Part shown: positions 41,389-53,575 of the stretch, in pieces
Layout of the letters: each line of letters begins with the position of its first letter
Position numbering within the stretch: the stretch's first letter is position 1
Source of the DNA: Mycobacterium sp.
GTDB lineage: Bacteria > Actinomycetota > Actinomycetes > Mycobacteriales > Mycobacteriaceae
Assembly: GCA_049315425.1 (NCBI GenBank)
Contig: JBMOKE010000002.1
Coordinates: 951-64,950, forward strand
Direction of reading: 5' to 3'
DNA: 64,000 nt
The notes under the pieces: model-generated
Database searches by the model: none
What the model was told of the DNA's origin: nothing
What the model saw: the letters and a program-made list of their open reading frames with translations, nothing else
Translations under genes and position numbers: made by a program

Positions 41389-42804
41389 ATGAGCGCGCAC
41401 ACCCCGGCGGACGGCGAGTTCCGCATCGAGCACGACACCATGGGCGAGGTTCGAGTTCCGGTCAAAGCCCTGTGGCGGGCCCAGACCCAACGTGCGGTGG
41501 AGAACTTTCCGATCTCCTTTCGGGGCCTCGATCGCAACCAGATCCGTGCGATGGCGCTGCTGAAAGCGGCTTGCGCCCAGGTCAACAAGGACCTCGGGAA
41601 GCTGCCCGCCGAGAAGGCCGACGCCATCATGGCCGCCGCAGCAGAGATCGCCGACGGACACCACGACGAGCATTTCCCCATCGACGTCTTCCAGACCGGT
41701 TCGGGAACCAGTTCCAACATGAACGCCAATGAGGTGATCGCCTCGATCTGCGAGCGCAATGGCGTCAGCGTGCACCCCAATGACGATGTCAACATGTCGC
41801 AATCCTCCAATGACACCTTCCCGACCGCCACCCACATTGCCGCTACCGAAGCCGCTGTGCGCCAGCTCATCCCGGCACTCGAGGTGCTGCATGAGTCGCT
41901 GGCGGCTAAGGCACGGCAGTGGCGCACCGTCGTGAAAAGCGGACGCACGCATCTGATGGACGCGGTTCCAGTCACGCTCGGTCAGGAGTTCGGTGGCTAT
42001 GCCCGCCAGATTGAGGCCGGCATCGAGCGGGTTCGCGCCACACTGCCCCGCCTGGGCGAGCTGGCCATCGGCGGTACCGCTGTCGGCACCGGCCTCAACG
42101 CCCCCGATGGTTTCGGCGCCAAGGTAGTTGAGGTCCTCGTGGCCCAGACCGGGCTTGCCGAGTTACGCACCGCCCGGAACTCGTTCGAGGCCCAGGCCGC
42201 GCGCGATGGACTCGTCGAGGCCTCCGGAGCGCTGAAGACGATCGCGGTGTCGCTGACCAAGATCGCCAATGACATCCGCTGGATGGGTTCGGGCCCGCTC
42301 ACCGGCCTGGCCGAACTGCACCTGCCGGATCTGCAGCCGGGGAGCTCGATCATGCCCGGCAAGGTGAACCCGGTGATTCCCGAGGCGGTCACCCAGGTGG
42401 CGGCCCAGGTGATCGGCAATGACACGGCCATCACCATCGGCGGCATGTCGGGTGCCTTCGAACTCAACGTCTACATCCCGATGATGGCGCGCAACCTGCT
42501 CGAGTCGTTCACCCTGCTGACCAATGTGTCCCAGTTGTTCGCCAACCGGTGCATCGACGGTCTGATCGCCGACGAGGCGCGGCTCAGGCAGCTTGCCGAA
42601 TCCTCACCGTCGATCGTGACCCCACTGAACTCCGCCATCGGCTACGAGGAGGCCGCGGCGGTGGCCAAGGAAGCACTCAAGGGGCACAAGACGATTCGGC
42701 AGACCGTGATCGACCGCGGTCTGATCGGCGACAAGCTCTCCGAGGCAGAACTTGACAAGCGACTCGATGTGCTGGCGATGGCGAAGGTCCGCGACGAAGG
42801 TTAG
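41389..42804 (+). CDS. fumC: Class II fumarate hydratase
   Basis: [23 protein letters not shown]. Confidence 0.97.
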   Translation: MSAHTPADGEFRIEHDTMGEVRVPVKALWRAQTQRAVENFPISFRGLDRNQIRAMALLKAACAQVNKDLGKLPAEKADAIMAAAAEIADGHHDEHFPIDVFQTGSGTSSNMNANEVIASICERNGVSVHPNDDVNMSQSSNDTFPTATHIAATEAAVRQLIPALEVLHESLAAKARQWRTVVKSGRTHLMDAVPVTLGQEFGGYARQIEAGIERVRATLPRLGELAIGGTAVGTGLNAPDGFGAKVVEVLVAQTGLAELRTARNSFEAQAARDGLVEASGALKTIAVSLTKIANDIRWMGSGPLTGLAELHLPDLQPGSSIMPGKVNPVIPEAVTQVAAQVIGNDTAITIGGMSGAFELNVYIPMMARNLLESFTLLTNVSQLFANRCIDGLIADEARLRQLAESSPSIVTPLNSAIGYEEAAAVAKEALKGHKTIRQTVIDRGLIGDKLSEAELDKRLDVLAMAKVRDEG

Positions 42805-44003
42805 TGATTAACACCTGCGGTCTGATATCCGCGGATGCCCAGCGGCGTGGTGACACTGTGCAGAACCAGGCTGAGGGTCACGATGACGACGACGACCTGG
42901 CTGATCAAATCGGAGTGCTGAATCTCTCCGCGGTTGATGACCAGCAGACCCAGTACAACGGTGCCGATGCCGCGCGGCCCGAACCACCCGATGAACAGTC
43001 GGCTGTAGACCGGTAGTTCGCTTCGGATCAGCGCGATCAGTACAGCGATGATTCGCACTGCGAACAGCGCGAGCACGGCGAACAGCACCACCCGCCAGCC
43101 GGCATGGCGCCAGCCGTCGATCACCGCGAAAGCACCGAACATGGCGAATACCAGTAACTCCAGCAGTCGGGCCGTCGCGTTCGAAACCTGGCTCGGCACT
43201 TGCGCATTGCTGCGCCTTGCGACGAACGAGTAAGCCAGTCCCCCGGTAAAGGCTGCTACGAACCCACTGGCCTGCACGCTCTCTCCGATTTCGAAACAGC
43301 ACAGCGCGACCGCCAGGGTGGCCAACTGAGCCCAGGTTTCACTCATCCAATTGCGGTGGTAGGACCACACGATGATTACCCCACCCAACAGTCCGACCAC
43401 CACACCGATGATGAACGACACCAACTCGGTCCGGAAAATGAACCATTCCCAGTGGCTTGGCCGGGGGTCTGTGTGCGCTGACGCCAGCGCGAGCGCGGCA
43501 AGCAACGCAGCCAAAGCGAATCCGTCGTAAAAACCACTCTCCACCGATAACGCGCCCCGCACCTGCTCGGGGATCCGGGAATTTTCCGTCAGAGCATCGA
43601 TCAGGGCCACTTCAGTGGGTGCGACAATAGCCGCGAGACACACCGCCTCCCACCACGGCAACACCGGTAGCAGCGCCGCCGCTGTCACAGCGCCGAGGAT
43701 CAGACTCAGCGGTATCCCGATGACAATGAGCCGCAGGGCGACGCGACCACGGCGCAGCCCATCGCCCGGATCGAGTTTTGCCGCCTGGTCGAACAGGATG
43801 AGCGCGAGGGCCAGTTGCGCAAGCAGGGTATAGCCCTCGGTTGCCGGACCGGCGTCGAGCAGCCCCAACCCGAATGGACCCAGCACCATGCCCAGGATGA
43901 GAAAGATCAGCGCTGGCGCGACGTACCACCGATTCACCAGACCTGACACTGCGGCGTAGCCGATCACCAACAGCGTCAAGACTAGAGGGGTGGTGTTGTG
44001 CAA
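42801..44003 (-). CDS. Cation:proton antiporter (CPA1/NhaP-like)
   Basis: About 12 TM segments; [23 protein letters not shown]. Confidence 0.8.
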   Translation of the reverse strand: MHNTTPLVLTLLVIGYAAVSGLVNRWYVAPALIFLILGMVLGPFGLGLLDAGPATEGYTLLAQLALALILFDQAAKLDPGDGLRRGRVALRLIVIGIPLSLILGAVTAAALLPVLPWWEAVCLAAIVAPTEVALIDALTENSRIPEQVRGALSVESGFYDGFALAALLAALALASAHTDPRPSHWEWFIFRTELVSFIIGVVVGLLGGVIIVWSYHRNWMSETWAQLATLAVALCCFEIGESVQASGFVAAFTGGLAYSFVARRSNAQVPSQVSNATARLLELLVFAMFGAFAVIDGWRHAGWRVVLFAVLALFAVRIIAVLIALIRSELPVYSRLFIGWFGPRGIGTVVLGLLVINRGEIQHSDLISQVVVVIVTLSLVLHSVTTPLGIRGYQTAGVNH

Positions 44004-44036
44004 GGGATTTGACTCAGATTCGCTAGTGCGTCTGGT

Positions 44037-44879
44037 CTAGACGCCGTTGGTGGGGCCGCCGGAATTGGCACCCGGAATGTCGGTGATAGGGAAGTTCGGC
44101 ATCGGCGTCGGTGACGGTGTGGCCGGTAGTGACGGGATATCAGCCGCCGGGATGTCACGGAGCAGATTGTTAGGCGGACCGTTGTCACGGCCGCCGTAGA
44201 CGCTGCCGGGGACGCGCTCACGAAGGAGTTGGCTGACGGTAACCAGGTGGTAGCCATTGGCCTTGAGTACCGGGATGAACTGATAAACCAGATCGACGGT
44301 CGACGAGTAGGTGTCGTGGAACAGCACCACAGATCCGGGCTTGATCTGAGTCATCAGCATGTAGCGGGTAGCGGCGGTATCAGAGTCGTTGATCCAGTCG
44401 AACGGAACGACGTCCCAGAGAATTGTGGCTTGGCCGTTACGGGCTGCGACGGCGTTGACCGCGTCGTTGGTCAGGCCGCCAGGCGGTCGCCACAGGTTCG
44501 GCGTCTGCCCGGTGGCGGCGGCGATCGCGTCATCTGCCCTGGTGAACTGTGCGGGGATGTCGGCCGCCGGGATGCTCGTCATATCGGGGTGTTCCCAGGT
44601 GTGATTGCCGATCTCCATCCCGGCCTCGGCTACCCGCTTGGCGGCTGCCGGGTTGGCGGCCACCTTGTTGCCGATCATGAAGAAGGTGGCCTTCGCTCCC
44701 GCGTCGGTCAACACCTTCAGTAACCGATCGGTGAAGGGCGTCGGGCCGTCATCGAAAGTCAACGCCACGCACTTGTCCACCGTGCAGTCCACCGGTCGCG
44801 CCTGCGCGGTGTTGGTGGACTGGCTACAACCGGCGATCACCAGGCCAACGAGACCCAGGGACAACACGCGGCGTAGCAC
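44037..44879 (-). CDS. Polysaccharide deacetylase lipoprotein (Rv1096-like)
   Basis: Lipobox IAGC, ALTFDDGP, IGNHTWEH, WRPPGG, VLFHD. Confidence 0.92.
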   Translation of the reverse strand: MLRRVLSLGLVGLVIAGCSQSTNTAQARPVDCTVDKCVALTFDDGPTPFTDRLLKVLTDAGAKATFFMIGNKVAANPAAAKRVAEAGMEIGNHTWEHPDMTSIPAADIPAQFTRADDAIAAATGQTPNLWRPPGGLTNDAVNAVAARNGQATILWDVVPFDWINDSDTAATRYMLMTQIKPGSVVLFHDTYSSTVDLVYQFIPVLKANGYHLVTVSQLLRERVPGSVYGGRDNGPPNNLLRDIPAADIPSLPATPSPTPMPNFPITDIPGANSGGPTNGV

Positions 44880-44900
44880 AGCCTGAGTTTACCCGGGGAG

Positions 44901-46220
44901 TCATGGCAATGCGTCGGGGCTGATCTCCTCGAGCATCTCGGTGACCAGGGCGGCGATCGGTGAACGTTCACTGCGCATCAGGGTGATGTGGCCGAACAAC
45001 GGGTGCCCCTTGAGCTTTTCGATGACGGCGGCCACCCCGTCGTGGCGTCCGACGCGCAGATTGTCGCGTTGGGCGACGTCGTGGGTCAACACCACCCGCG
45101 AGCCGGCGCCCAGGCGGGATAGCACGGTCAGCAGCACGTTGCGTTCCAGTGACTGCGCCTCGTCGACGATCACGAACGAGTCGTGCAGCGAGCGGCCTCG
45201 GATGTGAGTCAGCGGAAGCACTTCGAGCATGCCGCGCGACAGCACCTCTTCGAGCACCGCGGGGCTGGCCAGTCCTTCGAGTGTGTCGAACACGGCCTGC
45301 GCCCACGGGCCCATCTTCTCGCTCTCGCTGCCGGGCAGGTAACCCAATTCCTGGCCACCCACGGCGTAGAGCGGCCGGAACACCACGACCTTGCGTTGGG
45401 TGCGCCGCTCGAGGACCGCCTCCAAGCCCGCGCACAACGCCAGCGCCGACTTTCCGGTGCCGGCCTTACCGCCGAGGGAGACGATGCCGACCGACTCGTC
45501 GAGCAGCAGATCCAGCGCGACCCGTTGCTCGGCGGAGCGGCCGCGCAGTCCGAACACCTCTCGGTCGCCGCGAACCAGCTGGACGTGCTTATCGGCGTTG
45601 ACCCTGCCCAATGCGTGCGAGTTACCGCCGAGCAACCGAACACCGGTGTGGCAGGGCAGATTTCGGGCATCGGCGATATCAATCTCGCCTTCGGTGAAGA
45701 GGGTGTCGATCTCCTCGGTCGAGACGTCGAGCTCTGTCATACCCGTCCAGCCGGAGGTGATCACATTCTGGGCGCGATACTCGTCGGCGGCCAAGCCGAC
45801 AGCGCCGGCTTTGACGCGAAGTGGAATGTCCTTACTTACCAACGTGACTCGCTTGCCCTCGGCGGCGAGGTTGGCTGCGCAGGTCAGGATCCGGGCGTCG
45901 TTGGTGTCGGTGCGGAAGCCGGCCGGAAGCACCATCGGATCGCTGTGGTTGAGCTCAACATGGACGGTGCCACCCTGCGTGCCGATCGGGATGGGCTGAT
46001 CCAGGCGGCTGTGTTCCAGACGTAAATCGTCGAAGAGCCTCAGTGCCTGGCGGGCGAACCAACCGAGCTCATGATGGTGACGCTTGGCCTCGAGTTCGCT
46101 GATGACCACCAGCGGTACGACCACCTCATGTTCGGCGAACCGCGTACACGCCCAGGGATCGGATAACAGGACTGAAGTGTCGAGCACATACGTCCTGGTG
46201 GGCGGGTGCGGATCGGTCAC
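44901..46220 (-). CDS. phoH2: PIN-PhoH protein
   Basis: [12 protein letters not shown] motif, [14 protein letters not shown]; SD AGGAG before GTG 46220. Confidence 0.95.
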   Translation of the reverse strand: MTDPHPPTRTYVLDTSVLLSDPWACTRFAEHEVVVPLVVISELEAKRHHHELGWFARQALRLFDDLRLEHSRLDQPIPIGTQGGTVHVELNHSDPMVLPAGFRTDTNDARILTCAANLAAEGKRVTLVSKDIPLRVKAGAVGLAADEYRAQNVITSGWTGMTELDVSTEEIDTLFTEGEIDIADARNLPCHTGVRLLGGNSHALGRVNADKHVQLVRGDREVFGLRGRSAEQRVALDLLLDESVGIVSLGGKAGTGKSALALCAGLEAVLERRTQRKVVVFRPLYAVGGQELGYLPGSESEKMGPWAQAVFDTLEGLASPAVLEEVLSRGMLEVLPLTHIRGRSLHDSFVIVDEAQSLERNVLLTVLSRLGAGSRVVLTHDVAQRDNLRVGRHDGVAAVIEKLKGHPLFGHITLMRSERSPIAALVTEMLEEISPDALP

Positions 46221-46305
46221 ATGCGCTCCTCTGGACTCGCTGGCCATCGGAGCCGACGCTACCCCGATGCGTTGCCGCGCGGTGGTGCGGCGCGCCGCCT
46301 GCGGG

Positions 46306-47133
46306 TTACGCGCGGGCGAATTTCTTTAGTTGCGGTTCATCAGCAAGGCCCCAGGCGGCAATGCGGTCAGATACCACCTTCAGCGCCGCGTCCCGGTCGA
46401 AGATGCCGGCCTCGGCGATGACCCGCAGCTTGTCGGAGTACTCGAGAATGTCGCCACCGACGACTCCCATTCCTCCCGCGCGGCGAACGATCGCACCAAT
46501 GGTCTGATCGGGGTGCCGCTCGAGGCAATGCGCTACCAGGTTGTGGAAGAACTCTTCGTGGCGTTCCTCATCGTTGGCGATGCGGCCGACAAGCCTCTTG
46601 AGCACCGGTTCGGTGATCGCGGCCTCAAGGTTGCGCAGGAACACCGCGTGGGCACGCTCGTAGAGCGCCATGAAAGCCAGCGTCTCGACCTGGGTATAGC
46701 TGTCCGCGCGGTAGCCGCGCATCACATGGGCGACACGAACTTCCTCGTCGGCTGCCGGGTCGAAGTTGCGGGTCACGACCAGGTAATCGCGAAGTGCGAT
46801 GGCGTGCAGGTTCTCCTCAGCGGTCCAACGACCCAGCCAGCGGCCCCACTTGTCCTCAAGGATGAAGTGTTCGACCAGTTCGCGGTGGTAGCCGGCGAGG
46901 TTGTCCTTGGTGATCAGCATGACCTCGAGGGCGTCCACGACCTCCCGGGGCAGGGTCACCTCGGACGGATCCCAGTCCTGCCCGCCCAGGAAGGCGAAGT
47001 TCTTACCCTGGTCAAAAGGCACGTAATCGTGGGCGTACCACTCGTCCGCCGTCTCCAGGTGGCGGGTCAGATTGTTGGCGACAACCGGCTCCAGCTCGAG
47101 GGTCAACGCGCTGGCGACAGGTTTATGTGTCAT
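46306..47133 (-). CDS. desA2: Acyl-ACP desaturase DesA2
   Basis: [28 protein letters not shown]; synteny. Confidence 0.9.
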   Translation of the reverse strand: MTHKPVASALTLELEPVVANNLTRHLETADEWYAHDYVPFDQGKNFAFLGGQDWDPSEVTLPREVVDALEVMLITKDNLAGYHRELVEHFILEDKWGRWLGRWTAEENLHAIALRDYLVVTRNFDPAADEEVRVAHVMRGYRADSYTQVETLAFMALYERAHAVFLRNLEAAITEPVLKRLVGRIANDEERHEEFFHNLVAHCLERHPDQTIGAIVRRAGGMGVVGGDILEYSDKLRVIAEAGIFDRDAALKVVSDRIAAWGLADEPQLKKFARA

Positions 47134-47196
47134 GCGGTAACTGTAACTGACGTTAACGGCTGTCGAATAGTCCGGCAGAGCGTGGCGGTTCGGCAG

Positions 47197-48660
47197 TTAC
47201 AGGGTTAAGCCCGGGTACAGCGGATTGGCCGCGAGCAGTTCCGCGGCGGCGGCGCGCACCCAGTCCGCAGTGCTGTCCACGAGTGAGTACTTGGCCTTCG
47301 AGGTGCCGTCCGGTTGGGTGTTGGAGAGCACTTCCACGACCAGTTCGGCGACCCGGTCGAACTCGGCCGGCCCGAAGCCCCGGGTGGTCAGCGCCGGGGT
47401 GCCGAAACGGATGCCACTGGTGTACCAGGCACCGTTGGGATCCGCCGGGACGGAGTTGCGGTTGGTCACGATGCCGGCATCCAGTAGCGCGGACTCGGCC
47501 TGTCGCCCGGTGAGCCCGAAAGACTGCACGTCGAGTAACACGATGTGGTTATCGGTGCCGCCGGTGACCAGATGCGCGCCCCGGCGCATCAGGCCGTCGG
47601 CGAACGCCTTGGCGTTATCGGCCACCCGTTGGGCGTAGGCCTGGAACGACGGCTGGCGGGCCTCGGCGAAGGCGACCGCCTTGGCAGCCATGACATGCGA
47701 CATCGGCCCGCCGAGCACCATCGGGCAGCCCTTGTCCACGGCATCGGAATACTCGGCGGTGGCCAGCACCAGTCCGCCACGCGGTCCGCGCAGCGACTTG
47801 TGCGTGGTGGTGGTGACGACGTGAGCATGCGGCACCGGGTCCTCGTCGCCGGTGAACACCTTGCCCGCCACCAGGCCCGAGAAGTGCGCCATGTCGACCA
47901 TCAGGGTGGCGCCCACCTCGTCGGCGATCTCGCGCATCGTGGCGAAGTTCACCCGCCGCGGGTAGGCCGAGTAGCCGGCAACCAGAATCAGCGGCTTGAA
48001 CTCCCGGACGGAAGCGGCGACGGCGTCGTAGTCGATCAACCCGGTCACCGGGTCGGTGCCGTAGCTGCGCTGGTGAAACATCTTGCCGGAGATGTTCGGC
48101 CGGAACCCGTGGGTGAGATGTCCACCGGCGTCCAGCGACATACCCATCAGCCGCTGACTGCCCAGCTTGGCCCGCAGCCGCTCCCACTCCGCCTCAGAGA
48201 GGTCGTTGACATTCTTCACGCCCACTTCGCTCAGGGCGGGTGCCTCGACCCGGGTCGCCAGGATGGCCCAGAATGCGACCAGGTTGGCATCGATGCCCGA
48301 GTGCGGTTGCACATAGGCGTACTGGGCGCCGAACAGTTCGCGGGCGTGCTCGGCCGCGATGGATTCGACCTCGTCGATGTTCTGGCAGCCGGCGTAGAAG
48401 CGGTGCCCGATGGTGCCCTCGGCGTACTTGTCCGACAGCCAGGTTCCCGCGGTCAGCAGAACGGCCGGTGAGGCGTAGTTCTCGCTGGCGATCAGTTTGA
48501 GCGAATCACGCTGATCGGCAAGCTCTTTGCGGGTGGCCGCGGCGATCCGCGGCTCGACGGATTCGATGACGCGCAACGCCGCCCGATAGGCCTCCCCGGC
48601 GGTTGCGGCATAGTCGGCGCCGGGAGCGGCGTTAGCTGTCACGATCGCATCGGTGGTCAT
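47197..48660 (-). CDS. glyA: Serine hydroxymethyltransferase
   Basis: [31 protein letters not shown] (PLP lysine); TAAGAT 7 nt before ATG. Confidence 0.97.
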   Translation of the reverse strand: MTTDAIVTANAAPGADYAATAGEAYRAALRVIESVEPRIAAATRKELADQRDSLKLIASENYASPAVLLTAGTWLSDKYAEGTIGHRFYAGCQNIDEVESIAAEHARELFGAQYAYVQPHSGIDANLVAFWAILATRVEAPALSEVGVKNVNDLSEAEWERLRAKLGSQRLMGMSLDAGGHLTHGFRPNISGKMFHQRSYGTDPVTGLIDYDAVAASVREFKPLILVAGYSAYPRRVNFATMREIADEVGATLMVDMAHFSGLVAGKVFTGDEDPVPHAHVVTTTTHKSLRGPRGGLVLATAEYSDAVDKGCPMVLGGPMSHVMAAKAVAFAEARQPSFQAYAQRVADNAKAFADGLMRRGAHLVTGGTDNHIVLLDVQSFGLTGRQAESALLDAGIVTNRNSVPADPNGAWYTSGIRFGTPALTTRGFGPAEFDRVAELVVEVLSNTQPDGTSKAKYSLVDSTADWVRAAAAELLAANPLYPGLTL

Positions 48661-48775
48661 GCCGCAGATCTTAGTCGCCGCGGCCCGGCACCGCGGTCAA
48701 CGGCACTGGAAACCAGTGGCTATACCTCAAGAATCCCAACAACCCCATTGGCATCGGGGCGGTCGCGGCGAAACG

Positions 48776-50446
48776 TCAGAAGAGGCCGCTGATATTGCCG
48801 TTGGCGTCGACGTCGATGTTCTCGGCGGCGGGCACTTTGGGCAGCCCCGGCATCGTCATGAGATCACCGGCAATCACCACGACGAACCCGGCGCCTGCCG
48901 CGAGGCGTACTTGGTGCAGATCGACCGTGTGGCCGCTGGGCGCACCGAGCTCACGGGGGTCGGTCGAGAACGACATCTGGGTTTTCGCGATACACACCGG
49001 AAGATGTCCCCACTGGGCATCGAGTTCATCGATTTGGGCGCGGACTTTGGCGGGTGCGGTGACGTCCGCCGCGCCGTAGATGCGGGTGGCGACCGTCGTG
49101 ATTTTGTCCCACAGCCCCATGTCGTCGGGGTACATGTAGCGATGTTCACCATGATTGTCCGCTGCGGCCGCGATCACGGCTTCGGCCAATTCCTCCGCAC
49201 CGGCGCCGCCCTCCGCCCAGTGGCGGGCCACCACCGCGCGGCCCCCGAGGCTCGCCACTTTGGCTTCAATCAGCGCCAGTTCCGCCGGCGTATCAGCCGT
49301 GAAGTGATTGATGCTCACCACGCAGGGCAGGCCGTATTGCGTGGTGATGTTTTGGTAATGACGCTCAAGATTGACCAGACCGCGTTCGAGCGCCCCGAGA
49401 TCTTCCTGGTTCAGGGCAGCCTGCGCCGCGCCACCCTGATACTTCAGCGCCCGGGCCGTGACGACCAGCACCGCTGCCCGAGGCTTCAGACCTGCTTTGC
49501 GGCATTTGATATCGATGAATTTCTCGGCGCCGAGGTCCGCGCCGAATCCCGCCTCGGTGACCACGAAATCGGCCAGCTTCAGCGCCGCGCGGGTGGCCGA
49601 AACGCTGTTGCAGCCGTGCGCGATATTGGCGAAGGGGCCGCCGTGAACGAAGGCCAGATTGTTCTCCAACGTCTGGACGACATTGGGTTTGATGGCGTCT
49701 TTCAATAGGGCTGCCATCGCGCCGTCGGCCTTCAGATCGCGTGCCCGCACCGGTTCGCGTTTGCGGTTGAAACCAACCACGATCTCGCCGAGACGTGTCT
49801 TGAGGTCGGTAATTGAGGTGGCCAGACAGAAGATGGCCATCACCTCGGATGCCACGGTGATGTCAAAACCGCTTTCGCGCGGGTAGCCGTTCGCGACGCC
49901 ACCCAGCCCGACCACGATCTCGCGCAGCGCGCGGTCGTTGATGTCCACCACGCGCTTCCAGGTGATCCGCCGCGGGTCGATGTCGAGGGAGTTGCCCTGC
50001 TGGATGTGATTGTCGATCATCGCGGCAAGCAGGTTGTGGGCCGCGCCGATGGCGTGGAAGTCGCCGGTGAAGTGCAGGTTGATGTCTTCCATCGGCACGA
50101 CCTGCGCAAGGCCCCCGCCGGCCGCGCCACCCTTGACGCCGAAACAGGGTCCGAGCGAGGGCTCCCGCAGGCAAATGATGGTGCGTTTGCCCAACCGATT
50201 CAGCGCGTCGCCAAGCCCCACGGTGGTGGTGGTTTTGCCCTCGCCGGCCGGCGTCGGGCTCATCGCTGTCACCAGAATGAGCTGGCCGTCGGCACGGTCC
50301 TGCAGGCTCTCGATGTACTCCAGGGACAGCTTGGCCTTGAAGTGGCCATACGGTTCAAGGTGTTCGGGGGCGATGCCGTACAACTGCTCGGCCAAGCCGA
50401 GAATGGGCCGCTTGTCCGCGGCCTGAGCTATTTCGATGTCGGACAT
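48776..50446 (-). CDS. fhs: Formate--tetrahydrofolate ligase
   Basis: [63 protein letters not shown]; SD AGGAG. Confidence 0.96.
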   Translation of the reverse strand: MSDIEIAQAADKRPILGLAEQLYGIAPEHLEPYGHFKAKLSLEYIESLQDRADGQLILVTAMSPTPAGEGKTTTTVGLGDALNRLGKRTIICLREPSLGPCFGVKGGAAGGGLAQVVPMEDINLHFTGDFHAIGAAHNLLAAMIDNHIQQGNSLDIDPRRITWKRVVDINDRALREIVVGLGGVANGYPRESGFDITVASEVMAIFCLATSITDLKTRLGEIVVGFNRKREPVRARDLKADGAMAALLKDAIKPNVVQTLENNLAFVHGGPFANIAHGCNSVSATRAALKLADFVVTEAGFGADLGAEKFIDIKCRKAGLKPRAAVLVVTARALKYQGGAAQAALNQEDLGALERGLVNLERHYQNITTQYGLPCVVSINHFTADTPAELALIEAKVASLGGRAVVARHWAEGGAGAEELAEAVIAAAADNHGEHRYMYPDDMGLWDKITTVATRIYGAADVTAPAKVRAQIDELDAQWGHLPVCIAKTQMSFSTDPRELGAPSGHTVDLHQVRLAAGAGFVVVIAGDLMTMPGLPKVPAAENIDVDANGNISGLF

Positions 50447-50507
50447 CGCTCGCTACTCCTGCTGACTCTCGACTGAGGCGAGCTGCGGGCTCGTCTGAAG
50501 CGGCGTA

Positions 50508-50516
50508 ACTCTAGCA
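50508..50516 (-). promoter_or_regulatory. Extended -10 TGC-TAGAGT upstream of fhs
   Basis: TGN-TANNNT match about 60 bp upstream of the fhs ATG. Confidence 0.55.
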
Positions 50517-50554
50517 CTGGCCTCGGCCACGATTTCGGGTTGACGAGGACTCGA

Positions 50555-51775
50555 TTACCCGGTCAACTCGGCCCTCAGCGACGCCGGGATCAGGGGCTCG
50601 TCGAGCAGCCGCCCGAACCGCTCGGTGAGGCCCACCGAAACCGGCCGGTCATCAAGCCAGGAACGCAGCAACCGATACCCCTCGACATAGGTGCTCGTAT
50701 AGGCGCGCCACAGCGGTGAGGACAGAAACTTCAGCGACTGGCGGGCGCGGGTGTCGTCGACCAGCAGCCAACGTTGCAGGAACGCCACCACGTCGTCGAC
50801 GTCACGATGGGCGTCATGCAGCATCAGCGCGGCGTCCTGGCGGACCTCGGCCAGTGCCGCCGACGCCTCGGCCAGTGCCTGGGCACGCTCCCCGTCGAAC
50901 CGGAGTCCGAGGTCGGCGTAGATCTCGGCCGCCCAGGCGCCCCAGCCGTCACCGACCGCCGCGTGTAGGGCCAGATCGGCCAGACCCTCGGCCATCAGGC
51001 ACTGCGGGGTATTCACCAGGAAGATGGTCTGCTCGCCGTGGCCGAGACCGGCGACCAGGCCGGCTTCCTTTCGGCAGTGCTCGGTGTGGTGACCCGGGTA
51101 GGACTCGTGCGCCACCAGCCGGGGAAGGTTGGACATCTGTTGCTTGAGGTCGGCGTTGATGGCCACCCGCGAGCGATAGTCGCCCTCGTAGTAGTTGAAC
51201 CCCGACCAGGGTTTGTCGGTGACCACCTCGTAGACGATGTTCTCGGCGTCGGGCAGCGGGTACGTGGCGCGAACGATGTCGCGCAGCGCGCTGGAGAACG
51301 CATGCACGCACTCACGGAGACGCTCCGGTGGCAGCTCCTCAGCCTTGCGGTGGGCCGCGATCCGCTCACTGAGCGGGCCACTACCGCCGAGCACCTCGTC
51401 GATGCGGGCGTGCGCGGCGCGATAGCGCTCCGGTGCGCCCAGGCTGATCTCGACGTCGAAGTACTGGCGCACCTCGTCGACGAATCCGATGTCCTCGCCG
51501 GCGAACTTGCGAGCGGCGCAGGCCAGTGCCCGCAGATGTGCGGCGATGAACTCGGCCCGTTGGTCGGTGAAGTCGGCCTCACGGGGCAGCTGCTCGAGCG
51601 CAACCAGCAGTCTGTCGGCGTGGCGGGCCAGCTCGGCCGGATTCGGGGTGGGCTCGTCAGCGACCTGCCGCCGCAAACCGGGGTCGCCGGTGAAGGCGTC
51701 AACGTAGCCTTCCTCGATGCGATCGAACCGCAAGCCGAGCAAGAGGTATTCGTCAATGAGGTGGTCGGGCTCCAT
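50555..51775 (-). CDS. DUF885 family protein
   Basis: AHESYPGHH motif, AEGLA, YVEGY; TAGCGT 7 nt before ATG 51775. Confidence 0.75.
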   Translation of the reverse strand: MEPDHLIDEYLLLGLRFDRIEEGYVDAFTGDPGLRRQVADEPTPNPAELARHADRLLVALEQLPREADFTDQRAEFIAAHLRALACAARKFAGEDIGFVDEVRQYFDVEISLGAPERYRAAHARIDEVLGGSGPLSERIAAHRKAEELPPERLRECVHAFSSALRDIVRATYPLPDAENIVYEVVTDKPWSGFNYYEGDYRSRVAINADLKQQMSNLPRLVAHESYPGHHTEHCRKEAGLVAGLGHGEQTIFLVNTPQCLMAEGLADLALHAAVGDGWGAWAAEIYADLGLRFDGERAQALAEASAALAEVRQDAALMLHDAHRDVDDVVAFLQRWLLVDDTRARQSLKFLSSPLWRAYTSTYVEGYRLLRSWLDDRPVSVGLTERFGRLLDEPLIPASLRAELTG

Positions 51776-51805
51776 GACGTCCACGCTAACTGCAACACTT
51801 GGCAT

Positions 51806-52744
51806 ATGGCGCGGCTGAGCGAACCCAGCCCCTACGTGGAGTTCGACCGGGCTGCGTGGCGGGCCCTGCGGATGTCGACTCCGCTCAAGCTGACCGAAGA
51901 AGAACTGGTCGGCCTGCGCGGGCTCGGCGAGCAGATCGACCTGCTCGAGGTCGAAGAGGTCTACCTTCCGCTGGCCCGGCTGATCCACCTGCAGGTGGCC
52001 GCCCGCCAGGGTTTGTTCGCCGCCACGTCGCAGTTCCTCGGCGAGCCCACCCAGAACCCCGCCCGGCCGGTGCCGTTCGTGATCGGCGTCGCCGGCAGCG
52101 TCGCCGTCGGCAAATCCACCACCGCGCGCGTACTGCAGGCGCTGCTGTCTCGCTGGGAGGACCATTCCCGGGTGGATCTAGTAACCACCGACGGCTTCCT
52201 CTACACCAACACCGAGCTAGCCCGCCGAAACCTCATGCACCGCAAAGGATTTCCAGAAAGCTACGACCGCCGGGCTCTGATGCGCTTCGTCACGTCGGTG
52301 AAGTCGGGATCAGATCAGGTGTGTGCGCCGGTGTACTCGCACCTGATTTACGACGTCGTCCCCGACGACAAGCAGGTCGTCACCCACCCGGACATCCTCA
52401 TCCTTGAGGGCCTCAATGTCCTGCAGACCGGAGCCCGGCTGATGGTGTCGGATCTGTTCGACTTCTCGGTGTACGTCGACGCCCGCATCGAGGACATCGA
52501 GCAGTGGTACGTCGATCGATTCCTGGCGATGCGCGCCGGTGCCTTCGCCGACCCGGCGTCGCACTTCCACCACTACTCCAGCATCTCCGATCAGCAGGCG
52601 GTCAGCGCGGCACGCGACATCTGGCGAACCATCAACCGTCCGAACCTGATCGAGAACATCCTGCCGACCCGGCCGCGGGCCACACTGGTTTTACGCAAGG
52701 ATTCCGATCACGCCATCAACCGGCTGCGTCTGCGCAAGCTCTAG
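51806..52744 (+). CDS. coaA: Type I pantothenate kinase
   Basis: [33 protein letters not shown]. Confidence 0.96.
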   Translation: MARLSEPSPYVEFDRAAWRALRMSTPLKLTEEELVGLRGLGEQIDLLEVEEVYLPLARLIHLQVAARQGLFAATSQFLGEPTQNPARPVPFVIGVAGSVAVGKSTTARVLQALLSRWEDHSRVDLVTTDGFLYTNTELARRNLMHRKGFPESYDRRALMRFVTSVKSGSDQVCAPVYSHLIYDVVPDDKQVVTHPDILILEGLNVLQTGARLMVSDLFDFSVYVDARIEDIEQWYVDRFLAMRAGAFADPASHFHHYSSISDQQAVSAARDIWRTINRPNLIENILPTRPRATLVLRKDSDHAINRLRLRKL

Positions 52745-52759
52745 CGCCCGGATGGGTGG

Positions 52760-53551
52760 CTAAGCGCCGAACCGGCGATGCCGCCGACTGTAGTCGCGCA
52801 GCGCCCGGAGGAAGTCGACCCGCCGGAAGTCCGGCCAGTGCGCCTCGGTGAACCACATCTCCGAATAGGCGCTCTGCCAGAGCAGGAACCCACTCAACCG
52901 TTGCTCACCCGACGTGCGGATGACCAGATCCGGATCGGGCTGCCCGGAGGTGTAGAGGTTCTCTGAGATGCCGTCGACGGTGACGGCCTCAATGATCTGC
53001 TCGGCGGTGGCTCCGTTGGCCAGTTCCTTGCTCAGCAGCGATCGCACAGCGTCGACGATCTCCTGCCGGCCGCCGTAGCCGACAGCCACGTTAACGTGAA
53101 AGGTGCCACTCGCGCCGGCTGTCGAGGCCACCGCGTCGCGCAGCCGGCGTGCCGGTTGCTCACCGAGCAATTCCAGATCGCCGACCGTGCGCACGGTCCA
53201 CCGGTTGGCCGGAGCACAGATCTGCTCAACCACCTCGGTGATGATCTCGATGAGGCACGTCAGCTCATCGGCATCGCGCTGCAGGTTCTCGGTCGACAGC
53301 AGATATACCGTCGCCATCTCGATGCCGGCTTCGGCGCACCACCGCAGCATCTCGGCGATCTTCGCCGCGCCCATCCGATAGCCGAAGCTGACATCGTCGT
53401 AACCGGCATCACGTGCCCAGCGCCGGTTGCCGTCGCACAGCACGGCGATATGTCGAGGCAGAGCGGATTTGGAGTGCGCGAGTTCCTGCCGCAACCGCAT
53501 TTCGTAGAGCCGGTAGGCCGGCTCTTTGAGTCGCGACGGAATGAGCTCCAC
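52760..53551 (-). CDS. uppS: cis-prenyltransferase, (2Z,6E)-farnesyl diphosphate synthase (Rv1086-like)
   Basis: [31 protein letters not shown]. Confidence 0.9.
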   Translation of the reverse strand: MELIPSRLKEPAYRLYEMRLRQELAHSKSALPRHIAVLCDGNRRWARDAGYDDVSFGYRMGAAKIAEMLRWCAEAGIEMATVYLLSTENLQRDADELTCLIEIITEVVEQICAPANRWTVRTVGDLELLGEQPARRLRDAVASTAGASGTFHVNVAVGYGGRQEIVDAVRSLLSKELANGATAEQIIEAVTVDGISENLYTSGQPDPDLVIRTSGEQRLSGFLLWQSAYSEMWFTEAHWPDFRRVDFLRALRDYSRRHRRFGA

Positions 53552-53575
53552 GACGACTCAGACTACTGTGGTGGC

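Noticed and set aside
50447-50554. ZTP (pfl) or THF riboswitch upstream of fhs
   Set aside because: I could not match the conserved elements by eye, and the predicted leader is only about 55 nt. An Infernal scan would be decisive.
51038-52165. Long N-terminal extensions of CoaA and DUF885 in the ORF track
   Set aside because: Mutual antisense shadows of two divergent genes separated by 30 bp.
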